The position numbers were made by a program, and so were the translations under genes. From an uncultured Candidatus Saccharibacteria bacterium (GTDB lineage Bacteria; Patescibacteriota; Saccharimonadia; Saccharimonadales; Saccharimonadaceae): 64,000 bases of DNA. This document shows, one piece after another, positions 1 to 9,914 of this stretch (positions are counted from its first letter, which is position 1; every line of letters starts with the position of its first letter). The stretch covers positions 8,070 through 72,069 of the forward strand of contig CAZPCQ010000001.1 in assembly GCA_964585155.1 (NCBI GenBank), read 5' to 3'. The notes under the pieces are model-generated. The model was given only the letters and a program-made list of their open reading frames with translations. It had not been told where the DNA came from and did not search any database.

Positions 1-593
1 AATCCATCAACTTCGACCTTATGTCCGAGACCGAGCGTGAAGGTGTTGAGTATAGTTACCAGAATTTCCTCAACTCTCTCAACTTTACTATTCAGATTCT
101 TGTTCGCTCTCAACGTGTCGATATCGGCCCTTATATTGAGCGCCTTTCCAACATCCGCCGTAACAACGACAATATGCTTCTCGGCGTCTTGATGGATGAT
201 TACATTAACTTCATCGACATTCTTTCCCAAGAAGCCAACATTATGGACAAATCCTTCTTTATTGTCATTCCATATTACAGTTCCGCCGATGCCGAAGCCC
301 TTGTCCAGCAGACCAAAAACCTGTTCAAAACTTTTGGCAAAAAAGCCCCCAACGTCACTCGTATCAATCGTGACACTTATAATAAAGCCGTCGACGAGCT
401 CAACAACCGCGTCGAAACCGTCATTTCTGGTCTATTTAATATCGGTATTCATTCCGTCCGCCTCAAAACTCGCGAACTCGCCGAACTCTATTACAACTTC
501 AATAATCCCGACACTGCCGTTCGCGAGCCTTTAGTTGACTTTACTAAGTTAGCCACCACCTATGTACGCAAAGGAGAAAAAACCAATGAGTAA
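1..593 (+). CDS. 5'-truncated T4SS-associated protein (TraC/TrsD-like VirB4 partner)
   Basis: Frame is open from the window edge (..SINFDLMSETERE..LNSLNFTIQILVRSQ..). It overlaps the start of the VirB4-like gene. Confidence 0.6.
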   Translation, partial: SINFDLMSETEREGVEYSYQNFLNSLNFTIQILVRSQRVDIGPYIERLSNIRRNNDNMLLGVLMDDYINFIDILSQEANIMDKSFFIVIPYYSSADAEALVQQTKNLFKTFGKKAPNVTRINRDTYNKAVDELNNRVETVISGLFNIGIHSVRLKTRELAELYYNFNNPDTAVREPLVDFTKLATTYVRKGEKTNE

Positions 594-2415
594 AAAAGAC
601 AAGCAAAACCAACTCTCTGCCGCCGAAATCGCTATGCAGTCCCAAGCCGCCGAAGAAGCGGAAATCCAGCAAGCCTTCGAGCAGGGGATTACCACTCTCC
701 GCGACCTCATTTCTCCTAGTTCTATTGAAATCCACTCCGGCTATTTCCGCCTCGGCACTAAATATGGCCGCACTATTTACATTTACGGTTATCCTCGCAG
801 CCTCTACACCGGTTGGCTTTCTCCTCTTATTAATATTGACGAAGTTCTTGATGTCTCTATGTATATTTATCCTGTCGAAACCGCCGTCGTCATGAAAAAC
901 CTCCGCAAAAAAGTCACCCAGCTCGAGGCTAGTTACAATGTTAATGCTGAGCGTGGCAAAGTTCGTGACCCAGAGATTGAAGCCGCCATCACCGACGCCG
1001 AAGAACTTCGTGACAAACTCCAAGTCGGCGCCGAAAAGTTTTTCCGTTTTGGTCTTTACATCACTTTGTGGGCTGATTCACTCGATGAATTGAGTTTTGT
1101 TCAACACAAGATCGAAACCATGCTCGGCCAACAAATGGTCTTCAGTAAAGTCGCCAGCTCTCAACAAGAGCAGGGAATGAACAGTACTATGCCTCAATGT
1201 ACCGACCAGCTCCAAATCCGCCGCAATATGAACACCGGTGCTATTTCCACCAGTTTTCCTTTCACCTCCGCCGACCTCACCCAAGAAAAAGGCATTCTCT
1301 ACGGTGTCAATATGCATAATAACGGTCTCGTTATCTTCGACCGCTTCAGCCTAGAAAACGCCAACCTCGTCGTCTTCGCCAAATCTGGTGCTGGTAAATC
1401 TTTCGCTGTCAAACTCGAAGCCTTGCGTTCCATGATGATCGGCGCCGAGATTCTCATTATCGACCCAGAAAACGAATATCAAAGATTATGCGATGCCGTC
1501 GGTGGTAGTTACATCCGCCTATCACTCAACTCCGACGTCCGTATCAACCCATTCGACTTACCAAAAGTAATTGATAGTGAAGATGCTAATGACGCATTAC
1601 GTGCCAACTTAGTCACTCTGCACGGTCTTTTCCGTCTTATGCTCGGCGGCAACCAAATCGGCCCTAATGGTCAAATTGTCCCCGCCTTAAGCGCCAACGA
1701 AGAAGCCGATCTCGACCAAGCCCTCATTGATACCTACGCCCGTGCTGGCATTACTAGCGACCCCGCCACTCACCAAAACGTTCCGCCAACTATTATCAAT
1801 TTATACGATACTCTACTTCATATGGGTGGCTCCGGCCCTCAGCTCGCTCAGCGCCTACGCAAATACACCACCGGTACTTTTGCTGGCATTTTCTCTCAAC
1901 AGTCTAATATTGATATCAATAACCAAATGGTCGTTTTCAATATTCGCGATCTCGAAGATGAACTCCGCCCCGTGGCCATTTATATCGTCCTTTCCCACAT
2001 TTGGAACATCGTCCGCGCCGACCAGCGCCGCCGTCTCCTCATCGTTGATGAGGCTTGGCAACTTATGCAACACGACGATTCCGCCAACTTCCTCTTCAGC
2101 CTCGCCAAGCGCGCTCGTAAGTATTATCTCGGTCTCACTACTGTCACTCAAGATGTCGAAGACTTTATGAGCACCAAAATGGGCCGTGCCATTGTCGCCA
2201 ACTCTTCTATGCAGTTATTACTCAAACAATCCGCCTCTGCCGTCGATGTTTTATCTGATGTTTTCAAACTTACCAACGAGGAAAAGAAGCGTCTCGCCAA
2301 CTTCCCAGTCGGTCACGGTCTCTTCTTTGCCGGCGCCAACCACGTCCATATTCAGATTATCGCTTCCGAGACCGAAGAATCCCTCATCACTACTCGACCA
2401 GGAGATAAGCGTTAA
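586..2415 (+). CDS. virB4: VirB4/TraE-like T4SS ATPase
   Basis: Walker A AKSGAGKS, IIDPENEY, Walker B LLIVDEAW, RARKY..TQDVEDF. RBS AAGGAG at 571-576 favours the ATG at 586. Confidence 0.85.
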   Translation: MSKKDKQNQLSAAEIAMQSQAAEEAEIQQAFEQGITTLRDLISPSSIEIHSGYFRLGTKYGRTIYIYGYPRSLYTGWLSPLINIDEVLDVSMYIYPVETAVVMKNLRKKVTQLEASYNVNAERGKVRDPEIEAAITDAEELRDKLQVGAEKFFRFGLYITLWADSLDELSFVQHKIETMLGQQMVFSKVASSQQEQGMNSTMPQCTDQLQIRRNMNTGAISTSFPFTSADLTQEKGILYGVNMHNNGLVIFDRFSLENANLVVFAKSGAGKSFAVKLEALRSMMIGAEILIIDPENEYQRLCDAVGGSYIRLSLNSDVRINPFDLPKVIDSEDANDALRANLVTLHGLFRLMLGGNQIGPNGQIVPALSANEEADLDQALIDTYARAGITSDPATHQNVPPTIINLYDTLLHMGGSGPQLAQRLRKYTTGTFAGIFSQQSNIDINNQMVVFNIRDLEDELRPVAIYIVLSHIWNIVRADQRRRLLIVDEAWQLMQHDDSANFLFSLAKRARKYYLGLTTVTQDVEDFMSTKMGRAIVANSSMQLLLKQSASAVDVLSDVFKLTNEEKKRLANFPVGHGLFFAGANHVHIQIIASETEESLITTRPGDKR

Positions 2416-2417
2416 CT

Positions 2418-5400
2418 ATGGCTACCGATACCAGAAAATCCACCAATGAGCTACAAGGCGGCGATCAACCGCTTTATCAGCCATGGAATGATTTTTCCGG
2501 TAGACCTCAAACCAGTCAAAGCCAAGACGATGTTCAAGATAACGGTCCTACCACCAGTAAAGAGAATTACGACAACGACCCTGGTTTTTATCGCAACTCC
2601 CGCGCCAACTCCGCCGTCAACACCCTTCGTAATGCCGAGAATGGCGCCTTATCCAATCGGGAAGCCGAATCTTCCTTATACACCGGTCAAGGTCGCAACA
2701 CCAATGCCAAATCCAAAGCCAAAGGCGGCAAGAAAAAAATCGGCGCTCTTATCACCATTCTTTGTATTCTCGGCGGTGGCGCTGCCTTCCTTGGCTCCTC
2801 CAACACACTCCTGCTCGACGCCGTCAATACTCTATTTACTAATGCCACTGATTATCAATACAGCCAATTTTCTCAACGTATTCTCAAACTTGTCGGTTTT
2901 AATATGGATAGCGATGATATCGTTATTACCGAAAAAAGTTGGACTGGCGCCCTTAAGTACAAACATATGTCCTCCGAATTCGAACAAAACCTCGCCAACG
3001 CCGGCTTCACTTTCGAAGGTTCCGGCGGCAAAAAAACCATGACCTGGACTTATGACACTGGCGACGGCACCACCATAACCCGCTCCGGCATCACCGCCAG
3101 CGAATTCATCGACTTATATAACAACAATGTTGACTTTCGCGGCAAATACAGTCTTGCCGCCGACAACCGTGCTATGACCGCTTTCGACGCCAGCGCCAAT
3201 GGCTCCTATCGCCACATCGGCAACACTCGTAATACTTTTAATGATTTTGAAGATACTGGCAATAACGAAACCAATCTCAAGAACTATCAAGATACCGTTC
3301 GCCCCAAGTTTGATGGCGATAGTACTACTCTCCAAACCTCAGGCAAACAAGAAGTCACCGAATACGTTGATAAATTAGATGCCAATGGCAATCCAGTTAT
3401 CGAAAATGGTCAAGTTGTCAAAGAACCAGTTACCAAAGAAGTACGACAATCCGCCTCCGATTCCGCTACCACTTCTTCCTCCGTTGATGTTGATGGAGCC
3501 AGAAGTATGATTAATAAAGTCTCTGGTGCCGTCAGTGATACTGGCAACTTCTACTGTGCCGCCATGAAATTCGGCAATATGATTTCTATGGCCATTGCTG
3601 GTAACGAAATCTATCAATCCATCCAATTCTTTATGACCCTCACTGAACCCCTCAGTAAGACCAAAGCCGGCTTCGGCGACCAGGCGCCCGTTCATCAGGT
3701 CCTCAACTGGTTTAGTACCAAAGCCGACACCGAAGTTAGTAATTTCGGCACCTTCAAGATCTCTGGCCAAGGCAAGCAGACTATCGAAGCACTTAGTCAA
3801 TCTGGCTCACCACTCGAATCTAACGGTATGCGCAATATCCTCGCTAATGCCGCACCCAATACCAAAGAAGTTAGCTCTTTCTCCCTCGAACGCGTCGACA
3901 ACTCCATCACCGGCCAGCTATCCAGTCTCGCCACTAGTAGTGATACCGCTGGTAATTGCGCCCGCTTCAGTATTACCGATAGCATAGTCTCTATCGGTCT
4001 CACTATTGCAAGTGGCGGTCTCACCAAGATTTTTGCCAACGTCATCGGCAAAGCCCTCATCGGCACCGCCATATCTGTCGCCATCAGCACCTTCTTTTCC
4101 TTCTTAACACCCACTATTCAAAACGCTTTCTTCACCAACGCTTTTGACAATGCTAAAGGTCAACCTGGCGGGGAATTATTTGCTCGCGGCAGCGGCGCCA
4201 TCGGCTCTCAAAATGCCCGTCGCAACAGCGGTTACGGTACCGCTTCCAAAACTAAAGTTATGCAATACAATAAGACTACCAACGCCGTACTCGCCCTCGA
4301 CGCCGAAGTTGACCGCCAGCGTCGCAGTCCTTTCGACATTAGTAGTCCCAATACCTTCTTTGGCAGTATCGCTTATAGTCTATTACCCACTCTCACCTCC
4401 ACCAACCTCACCGGTATTTCTTCTATCCTTACCTCCACCATGTCTTCGCTTTCTACCCTTATTGGCGGCGTTCACGCTGATGGCGAAAACTCCTCCTATA
4501 TGACCACTTTCGGCGAATGCCCTGCCCTCGAATCTATCGGCGCTACCGGTGATATGTATTGCAACCCTATACCTGTTCCCGACACTTCTACCGCCGACAT
4601 CACCCCTGACGACCAAAAATATCAAGAAGTCCTTAAAGAAGCCCAAGAGTGCGACAGTGAGGGTAACTGCACTATCAAACCCGAATCCGATCTCGCCAAA
4701 TACATTACATATTACGACGGTCGCGACTCACCTCTCGGCGTCGTCGATCAAAACATCCTCGCCGCTACGCAGCCCAGCAGCGATACTGGCATTATAGGTA
4801 CCGTCCTCAACCAAATCCCTATCGTTGGTGATATTATCAACATAGTTGACTCCGGTGCCGATATTGTAAATCTCCCCTGGGCCACTGGCGCCATCGGCTC
4901 CCAAAACGGCGGCGATAGTATCGCCAACCTCCTCGCCGCTACCGACGAAGTCGACTATAAAAACTGGTGGAACGAAAAAGGTAAATATTACCAACGCTAC
5001 GTCGAAGATTCTCGTATTCTCAATATGATGGGCGCCTACGAAGCCACCAATTCCAAAGATCCCGTCCTCGCCTACAAAGAAGAATACGAGCAAAAGTATC
5101 TCGAAGAACACCCCGAAGCCAACACCTACATCGGCTACCTCTCCCGTGTTTCCGGCCTCACTATCGAAAATACCGAAACCACTCTCGCCTTCATTGGCTA
5201 TCTCAATTATATCGATCAATACGACCCCACCCTCCGCATCGCTATGGACGGCGACACTACCGAGATCAAAACCGCCACCCAAATCGCCGCCATAGCCGCC
5301 GAGGATTATCACGCCATTTATTTCGAAAATGATAATCTAGAAACTACTTTCACTGAGCCCATTATCGCCAACCACCACATCATTTACGCCGACGTTCGTA

Positions 5401-5423
5401 ACCGGAGTTATGCCATATGTTAA
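2418..5423 (+). CDS. Large (1001 aa) membrane-anchored T4SS-cluster protein, function unknown
   Basis: Long ORF 2 nt after virB4 with hydrophobic segments (LITILCILGGGAAFL; SIGLTIASGGL..ISTFFSFL). Confidence 0.65.
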   Translation: MATDTRKSTNELQGGDQPLYQPWNDFSGRPQTSQSQDDVQDNGPTTSKENYDNDPGFYRNSRANSAVNTLRNAENGALSNREAESSLYTGQGRNTNAKSKAKGGKKKIGALITILCILGGGAAFLGSSNTLLLDAVNTLFTNATDYQYSQFSQRILKLVGFNMDSDDIVITEKSWTGALKYKHMSSEFEQNLANAGFTFEGSGGKKTMTWTYDTGDGTTITRSGITASEFIDLYNNNVDFRGKYSLAADNRAMTAFDASANGSYRHIGNTRNTFNDFEDTGNNETNLKNYQDTVRPKFDGDSTTLQTSGKQEVTEYVDKLDANGNPVIENGQVVKEPVTKEVRQSASDSATTSSSVDVDGARSMINKVSGAVSDTGNFYCAAMKFGNMISMAIAGNEIYQSIQFFMTLTEPLSKTKAGFGDQAPVHQVLNWFSTKADTEVSNFGTFKISGQGKQTIEALSQSGSPLESNGMRNILANAAPNTKEVSSFSLERVDNSITGQLSSLATSSDTAGNCARFSITDSIVSIGLTIASGGLTKIFANVIGKALIGTAISVAISTFFSFLTPTIQNAFFTNAFDNAKGQPGGELFARGSGAIGSQNARRNSGYGTASKTKVMQYNKTTNAVLALDAEVDRQRRSPFDISSPNTFFGSIAYSLLPTLTSTNLTGISSILTSTMSSLSTLIGGVHADGENSSYMTTFGECPALESIGATGDMYCNPIPVPDTSTADITPDDQKYQEVLKEAQECDSEGNCTIKPESDLAKYITYYDGRDSPLGVVDQNILAATQPSSDTGIIGTVLNQIPIVGDIINIVDSGADIVNLPWATGAIGSQNGGDSIANLLAATDEVDYKNWWNEKGKYYQRYVEDSRILNMMGAYEATNSKDPVLAYKEEYEQKYLEEHPEANTYIGYLSRVSGLTIENTETTLAFIGYLNYIDQYDPTLRIAMDGDTTEIKTATQIAAIAAEDYHAIYFENDNLETTFTEPIIANHHIIYADVRNRSYAIC

Positions 5424-7210
5424 AACACAAACTACAACTTTTTTTCAAAACTTTCCTCTGTCTCCTCCTCGCTCTCCTCATCGCCTCCCCCGCCTCCGCC
5501 GCCGACAGTTCCTACATTCAGTCTGCCGCCCTCAACGGTAGTTACTGGTACGATCCCTCCGCTCTTAATAGTAGCTGTTTTAGTAGTGATATTTCTATCT
5601 CTGGTAGTACCGCCGCTCAAAAAATCTGGTCCGGCCTCATTACTTTTATGACTCCCGAGCAAGCCGCTGGCGTCATCGGTAATATGGCCAGCGAAGGCGG
5701 TTTCAATCCCGTTCGTCACGAGATCTCCAAAAAGAATGCTCTTTGGCCCGGTTTCGATATTATGAACGACGTCTCCGATTCATATGGTATTGGCCTCATT
5801 CAATGGTCATGGGGGCGTCGCACCAAACTTCTTCATTATATCCAAAGCAACGACTCTAGTCTCATCCAATATTTTATGAATCCCGACACCTACAGTACTT
5901 ACGGTTCTGGCGACAAAACTTCCGGTGATGTTTTCCTTGAAAAAGTAGGTGATGCCGTTTTTGACCGCCTCATCCAGCTTGAGCTCGAAGTTCTCAAAAA
6001 CGAATTAAATATCAGTTACTCCGATTTCTTCAATCAAACCACCGTTTATGATGCCGCCAAATATTTCCTTGAGCGCGTCGAAAGACCCGCCAACCCTACC
6101 ATCGAAGCCCACCCCGAACGCGCCACCGCCGCCCAAACTTTTTATGACCAACTAAACGGCGCTTCTCTCACCCCATCCGGCAGTAACGGTACTAATATTT
6201 CCGGCTCCAGCATCACTATTATTGGCGATTCCATCACCGCCCGTTCCAGCAGCAGTCTCAGTAATAAACTCCCCGGCGTCGAGATTAACGCTGAAGTCGG
6301 TCGCAGTTTCGCTACCGGTATCGACATTGCTAGATCCATGGAACTCCGTAACGTCGTCGTCTTCGCCCTTGGCACCAATAGTCGCAATGTTAGCAGTGAC
6401 CAAATCCAAGAAGTCATCGATCTCGTCGGTCCTTCTCGCTCACTCTACTTCCTCACCAACTACGGCGTCGGCTACGACTTTACCAATAACAACCGTCTCT
6501 TCAATGAAGCCGCCGCCAGAAATTCCAACGTTAATGTTATCGACTGGGCCAGCTCCGTCTCTAGTAGCCCCGATAAATACATCGCCGTCAACGAATCCAC
6601 CCCGGTCCACCCCACTGCCGACGGCATCACCCTCTTTACTGATTTAATCTCTAACGCTGTTACCTCCAAAAACCTCACCAGCGACGGCTGTACTGTCAGC
6701 GGCGATTTCCAATCCACTGTTCTCGCCTACGCCTGGCCTACTCCATCCGACCCCGTCTCCACCGTCAACCAGGCTACTCCTAAACCCGAATACGCCGCCG
6801 CCGTTGCTCGTCGCCGCGCTGCCAACAAATATATCGGTACCAACGGCATTGACTGTGGCTGTTTCGTTGCCGCCGTCTTGACTGATAGTGGTTTCGCTCC
6901 TGGCTACCGTGATAATGGTATGGGTGGGGAAGAGTGGGTTATCGCCAATGGCTGGACTCTCCTCAATCCCGACGAAAACACCCCCATTTCCGACACTAGT
7001 ATTCTTCAGCCTGGCGATGTCGCCTTCTCCAACGGCGCCCCGGGCAACGCCGGCCACACCTTCCTATATGTCGGTGATATTCCTGGCTTCGGATCAAAAA
7101 TCGCTTCCGCTTCCACTGGACCCACCTGGCGCGCGCCTATGGCAGGCACAGAAAGCCTTACCCAAAGTAATTTTGGCGGCTATCCAGTTCGCTGGTATCG
7201 TAAAGGTTAA
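5417..7210 (+). CDS. Secreted cell-wall hydrolase: phage-tail-lysozyme-like + SGNH + NlpC/P60-like domains
   Basis: Signal peptide; QAAGVIGNMASEGGFNP..GIGLIQWS; IIGDS..ALGTN..VHP; DCGCFV..LQPGDV..GHTFLYVG. Confidence 0.75.
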   Translation: MLKHKLQLFFKTFLCLLLALLIASPASAADSSYIQSAALNGSYWYDPSALNSSCFSSDISISGSTAAQKIWSGLITFMTPEQAAGVIGNMASEGGFNPVRHEISKKNALWPGFDIMNDVSDSYGIGLIQWSWGRRTKLLHYIQSNDSSLIQYFMNPDTYSTYGSGDKTSGDVFLEKVGDAVFDRLIQLELEVLKNELNISYSDFFNQTTVYDAAKYFLERVERPANPTIEAHPERATAAQTFYDQLNGASLTPSGSNGTNISGSSITIIGDSITARSSSSLSNKLPGVEINAEVGRSFATGIDIARSMELRNVVVFALGTNSRNVSSDQIQEVIDLVGPSRSLYFLTNYGVGYDFTNNNRLFNEAAARNSNVNVIDWASSVSSSPDKYIAVNESTPVHPTADGITLFTDLISNAVTSKNLTSDGCTVSGDFQSTVLAYAWPTPSDPVSTVNQATPKPEYAAAVARRRAANKYIGTNGIDCGCFVAAVLTDSGFAPGYRDNGMGGEEWVIANGWTLLNPDENTPISDTSILQPGDVAFSNGAPGNAGHTFLYVGDIPGFGSKIASASTGPTWRAPMAGTESLTQSNFGGYPVRWYRKG

Positions 7211-8158
7211 ATGAGTAAAACATTTATGCAACCATCCAATCAATTTAACAAACGCAACACTATTATCCTAATCGTTATATGTACAATTATTATACTCGGA
7301 CTGATTATCTTTGGTATCGTTCGTGCCATTATTCGCTCTCACCAAGTTGAAATCGGTATCTACTATGCCCCTTTCACCGCTCAAGTTAAATTAAACGACG
7401 AGACCATCAAAAATAACTCCACCATCTGGATCGACCCCGGAGAATATCATATTACCGTTTCACTTGACCATTTCACCACGCTTAATACCACTTCTACCGT
7501 CGATCAATCCACTACCAACCTCTATGGCTCTCTTTCTCCTAGCGACGAAGAAGGTCAGCGCATCATGGAGACTTATCGCGCTGATTATGATATTATTCAA
7601 TCCCTTAATAGCGCCGCCGCCATTGCCCTAGGCGAAGCTCAACGCGCTAAATGGCCCCTTATTTCCGCCCTCCCTATTAGCAACCCTCTCTTTTCCATCG
7701 GCTACAATATTTCCACTAATGACCGCCTCACCATCAATATCAACGCCGCCACTACTTATCTCGATGACGCCATCCACACTCTCAAATCCCATCTTACCAC
7801 CAATGATTCGCTCGCCAATTACAACATCGCTTTTAATGATTGGACCAATCCACTTACTGATCAATTCCGCAGCAACACTAGCCAAGACCCCATCGAATAT
7901 CTTATTCAAGGTTATCGTCACCTCAACCCGGATCTCAATCTAGTTATTCAGTCAGGGAACTATGCTAACAACGGCCAGTATTACTATACCACTATCACTA
8001 CCGGATTCGACGAACGTTACAGTATCGTCACTTACCGCGCCATCCTCAAAAAAGACGGTACTTCTTGGCAACCCACCTCTACTCCTCAGCCTATTGTCAC
8101 TACTTATAATACTCCGGAAGTCTCCACTGACATCCTCAATGCAGCCAACAACCTATAA
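7211..8158 (+). CDS. Membrane-anchored hypothetical protein (possible PEGA-like domain)
   Basis: N-terminal TM helix; abuts the previous stop codon; followed by a terminator. Confidence 0.65.
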   Translation: MSKTFMQPSNQFNKRNTIILIVICTIIILGLIIFGIVRAIIRSHQVEIGIYYAPFTAQVKLNDETIKNNSTIWIDPGEYHITVSLDHFTTLNTTSTVDQSTTNLYGSLSPSDEEGQRIMETYRADYDIIQSLNSAAAIALGEAQRAKWPLISALPISNPLFSIGYNISTNDRLTININAATTYLDDAIHTLKSHLTTNDSLANYNIAFNDWTNPLTDQFRSNTSQDPIEYLIQGYRHLNPDLNLVIQSGNYANNGQYYYTTITTGFDERYSIVTYRAILKKDGTSWQPTSTPQPIVTTYNTPEVSTDILNAANNL

Positions 8159-8179
8159 ACACTACTCGCTCCACTCCCC

Positions 8180-8205
8180 AAAATACCCTCTCAGAGGGTA
8201 TTTTT
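8180..8205 (+). terminator. Intrinsic terminator
   Basis: AAAATACCCTC-TCA-GAGGGTATTTTT. Confidence 0.8.
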
Positions 8206-8541
8206 AAGCCCTACAAGGCCCTTCTTTTTCCAACAAGGCATCCATCCTTTTCTTTTTTCATTAAAATTTATTTTCACATTTCAAAATTATTTTCAACAAA
8301 ACTCGCCCAACGCATTCATACCCACCTTTCACCAAACACCCACCTTCCTGGCCAAATTTAGCGCCTTTCCCACCATTTTATCCACCCATCACCACCCACA
8401 TTCTTCCACTCATTTTTCACTTATTTTCCGTTCGGTTTTCCTCTACCTCTGTTTTTCTTACCAAAACCGAACAACCCGAACACTTACCTCCAAACCCGAA
8501 CACATTTTATATCACTTTCTTCTAAATTATACAACCATCAC

Positions 8542-8757
8542 TTTTCCACATTACGTGGATAACTTTTCCGCTTTTTCACCATACCAAACCCGAACACAAA
8601 AAGTCCACTTTATTACTAACATAATTAGTTTCACCTCAGTTTTCCACTTATCCACTTTTATCTGTGGAAAACTCCCACTCCACCCACCGCTCCGACGGGG
8701 ATTTTTCTTATAAAAATCGGTGGTAAGTTTTCCACTTTTCCACCTACTTTTCCACAT
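8542..8757. promoter_or_regulatory. DnaA-box cluster downstream of recF
   Basis: TTTTCCACA (8542, 8749), CGTGGATAA (8554), TTATCCACT (8648), TGTGGAAAA (8663), TTTTCCACY (8640, 8729, 8737). Confidence 0.7.
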
Positions 8758-8776
8758 TATTCAAAAACTAATGACG

Positions 8777-9781
8777 TTATTCTACACTTAGTCCACCACT
8801 CCCCACACTTGTCAGCACAATCTGATTATCCCTAAAATTCTTCACTAGACACTTCTGCCTCATCTCATCCAGTTCCGAGAATACATCATCCAGTAATACT
8901 AGCGGTCTCTTCTCTAGTACCTCCAGTATCAACTCCGCCTCAATAAATTTTAACGCCAGAATGCTCGACCTCACCTCACCTCTACTCGCCGAGCCATCCG
9001 CTTTTCGTCCATTAAACACGAACTCATAGTTATCATGATGTACTCCAAAACTCGTATGTCCGAGCAGGGAATCACGCCCAAAATCCCGCTCCAGTCTCAA
9101 CAAGAAATCACTCTCTTCTTCCACTTCACTCAAATATTCCAATTTCACCTCATCCTCATTTTCCGCAATCGACCGATACACCTCCGTAAATCTCCGGTTT
9201 ATCTTCTCCATTATTTTTCTTCGCTCTTGATTTAGCGCCACTCCATGTTTTACCAGTAAAATATTCCAAGAAAACAAATCCCCTGGCATTATCATTTCAT
9301 CTTTCAATAATTCATTCCGCTGCTTCAGCGCCTTATTGTATCGCGTCAAATTCACCGCGTAGTTTTCCGATAACTGCCCAAACATCCGATCAAAATACCC
9401 CCGTTTACTCGTCGGACTCGACCCCACTAAGTGCAAATCATCCGGCTCAAACAATACAATCGGATATTGCAACTTTTTCGGCAGCCTCCCCGCTTTTTTA
9501 TCTTCCACCAAAAATTCTTTCTTCACCCCGTCATACACCGCCACTACTTTTCTGCCATCCTTATATTCCAACTCCACCCGATAAAATTCCGCCCCCCTTC
9601 GCAAAATCTCTTTATCCGCCGCCCGGAAACTTTTCCCCCGCAATACCTCATAGATCGCCTCTAGGATCGAAGTTTTCCCACATCCATTTTGCCCCATAAT
9701 AGTCGTCGTCTGCCCGGCACAATCCAGCACAAAACTCTCATGACTCCGAAAATTCACCAACTTCACTCGTCTAATTACCAT
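8777..9781 (-). CDS. recF: DNA replication/repair protein RecF
   Basis: GQNGCGKTSILEA, SASRGEVR, LLDDVFSELD; lies downstream of dnaN. Confidence 0.93.
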   Translation of the reverse strand: MVIRRVKLVNFRSHESFVLDCAGQTTTIMGQNGCGKTSILEAIYEVLRGKSFRAADKEILRRGAEFYRVELEYKDGRKVVAVYDGVKKEFLVEDKKAGRLPKKLQYPIVLFEPDDLHLVGSSPTSKRGYFDRMFGQLSENYAVNLTRYNKALKQRNELLKDEMIMPGDLFSWNILLVKHGVALNQERRKIMEKINRRFTEVYRSIAENEDEVKLEYLSEVEEESDFLLRLERDFGRDSLLGHTSFGVHHDNYEFVFNGRKADGSASRGEVRSSILALKFIEAELILEVLEKRPLVLLDDVFSELDEMRQKCLVKNFRDNQIVLTSVGSGGLSVE

Positions 9782-9914
9782 CTTTTACCTCTAATCTTTC
9801 CCTGAAGAGAATGAATTTTGAGTTAATACGCGGAAAAAGTGAAGCACGCAAGCGAACCGTATTTGACATACGGAGAGCGCGTACTGGAACTTTTGACAAA
9901 GTAGTAACCAAAAT

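Noticed and set aside
8551-8757. 68-aa minus-strand ORF (MWKSRWKSGK..)
   Set aside because: It is the translation of DnaA boxes in an intergenic region and has no RBS.
9853-9878. CCGTAT..ATACGGTTC resembling group II intron domain V
   Set aside because: Too short, lacks the bulge and tetraloop, and no other intron domains or RT are present.
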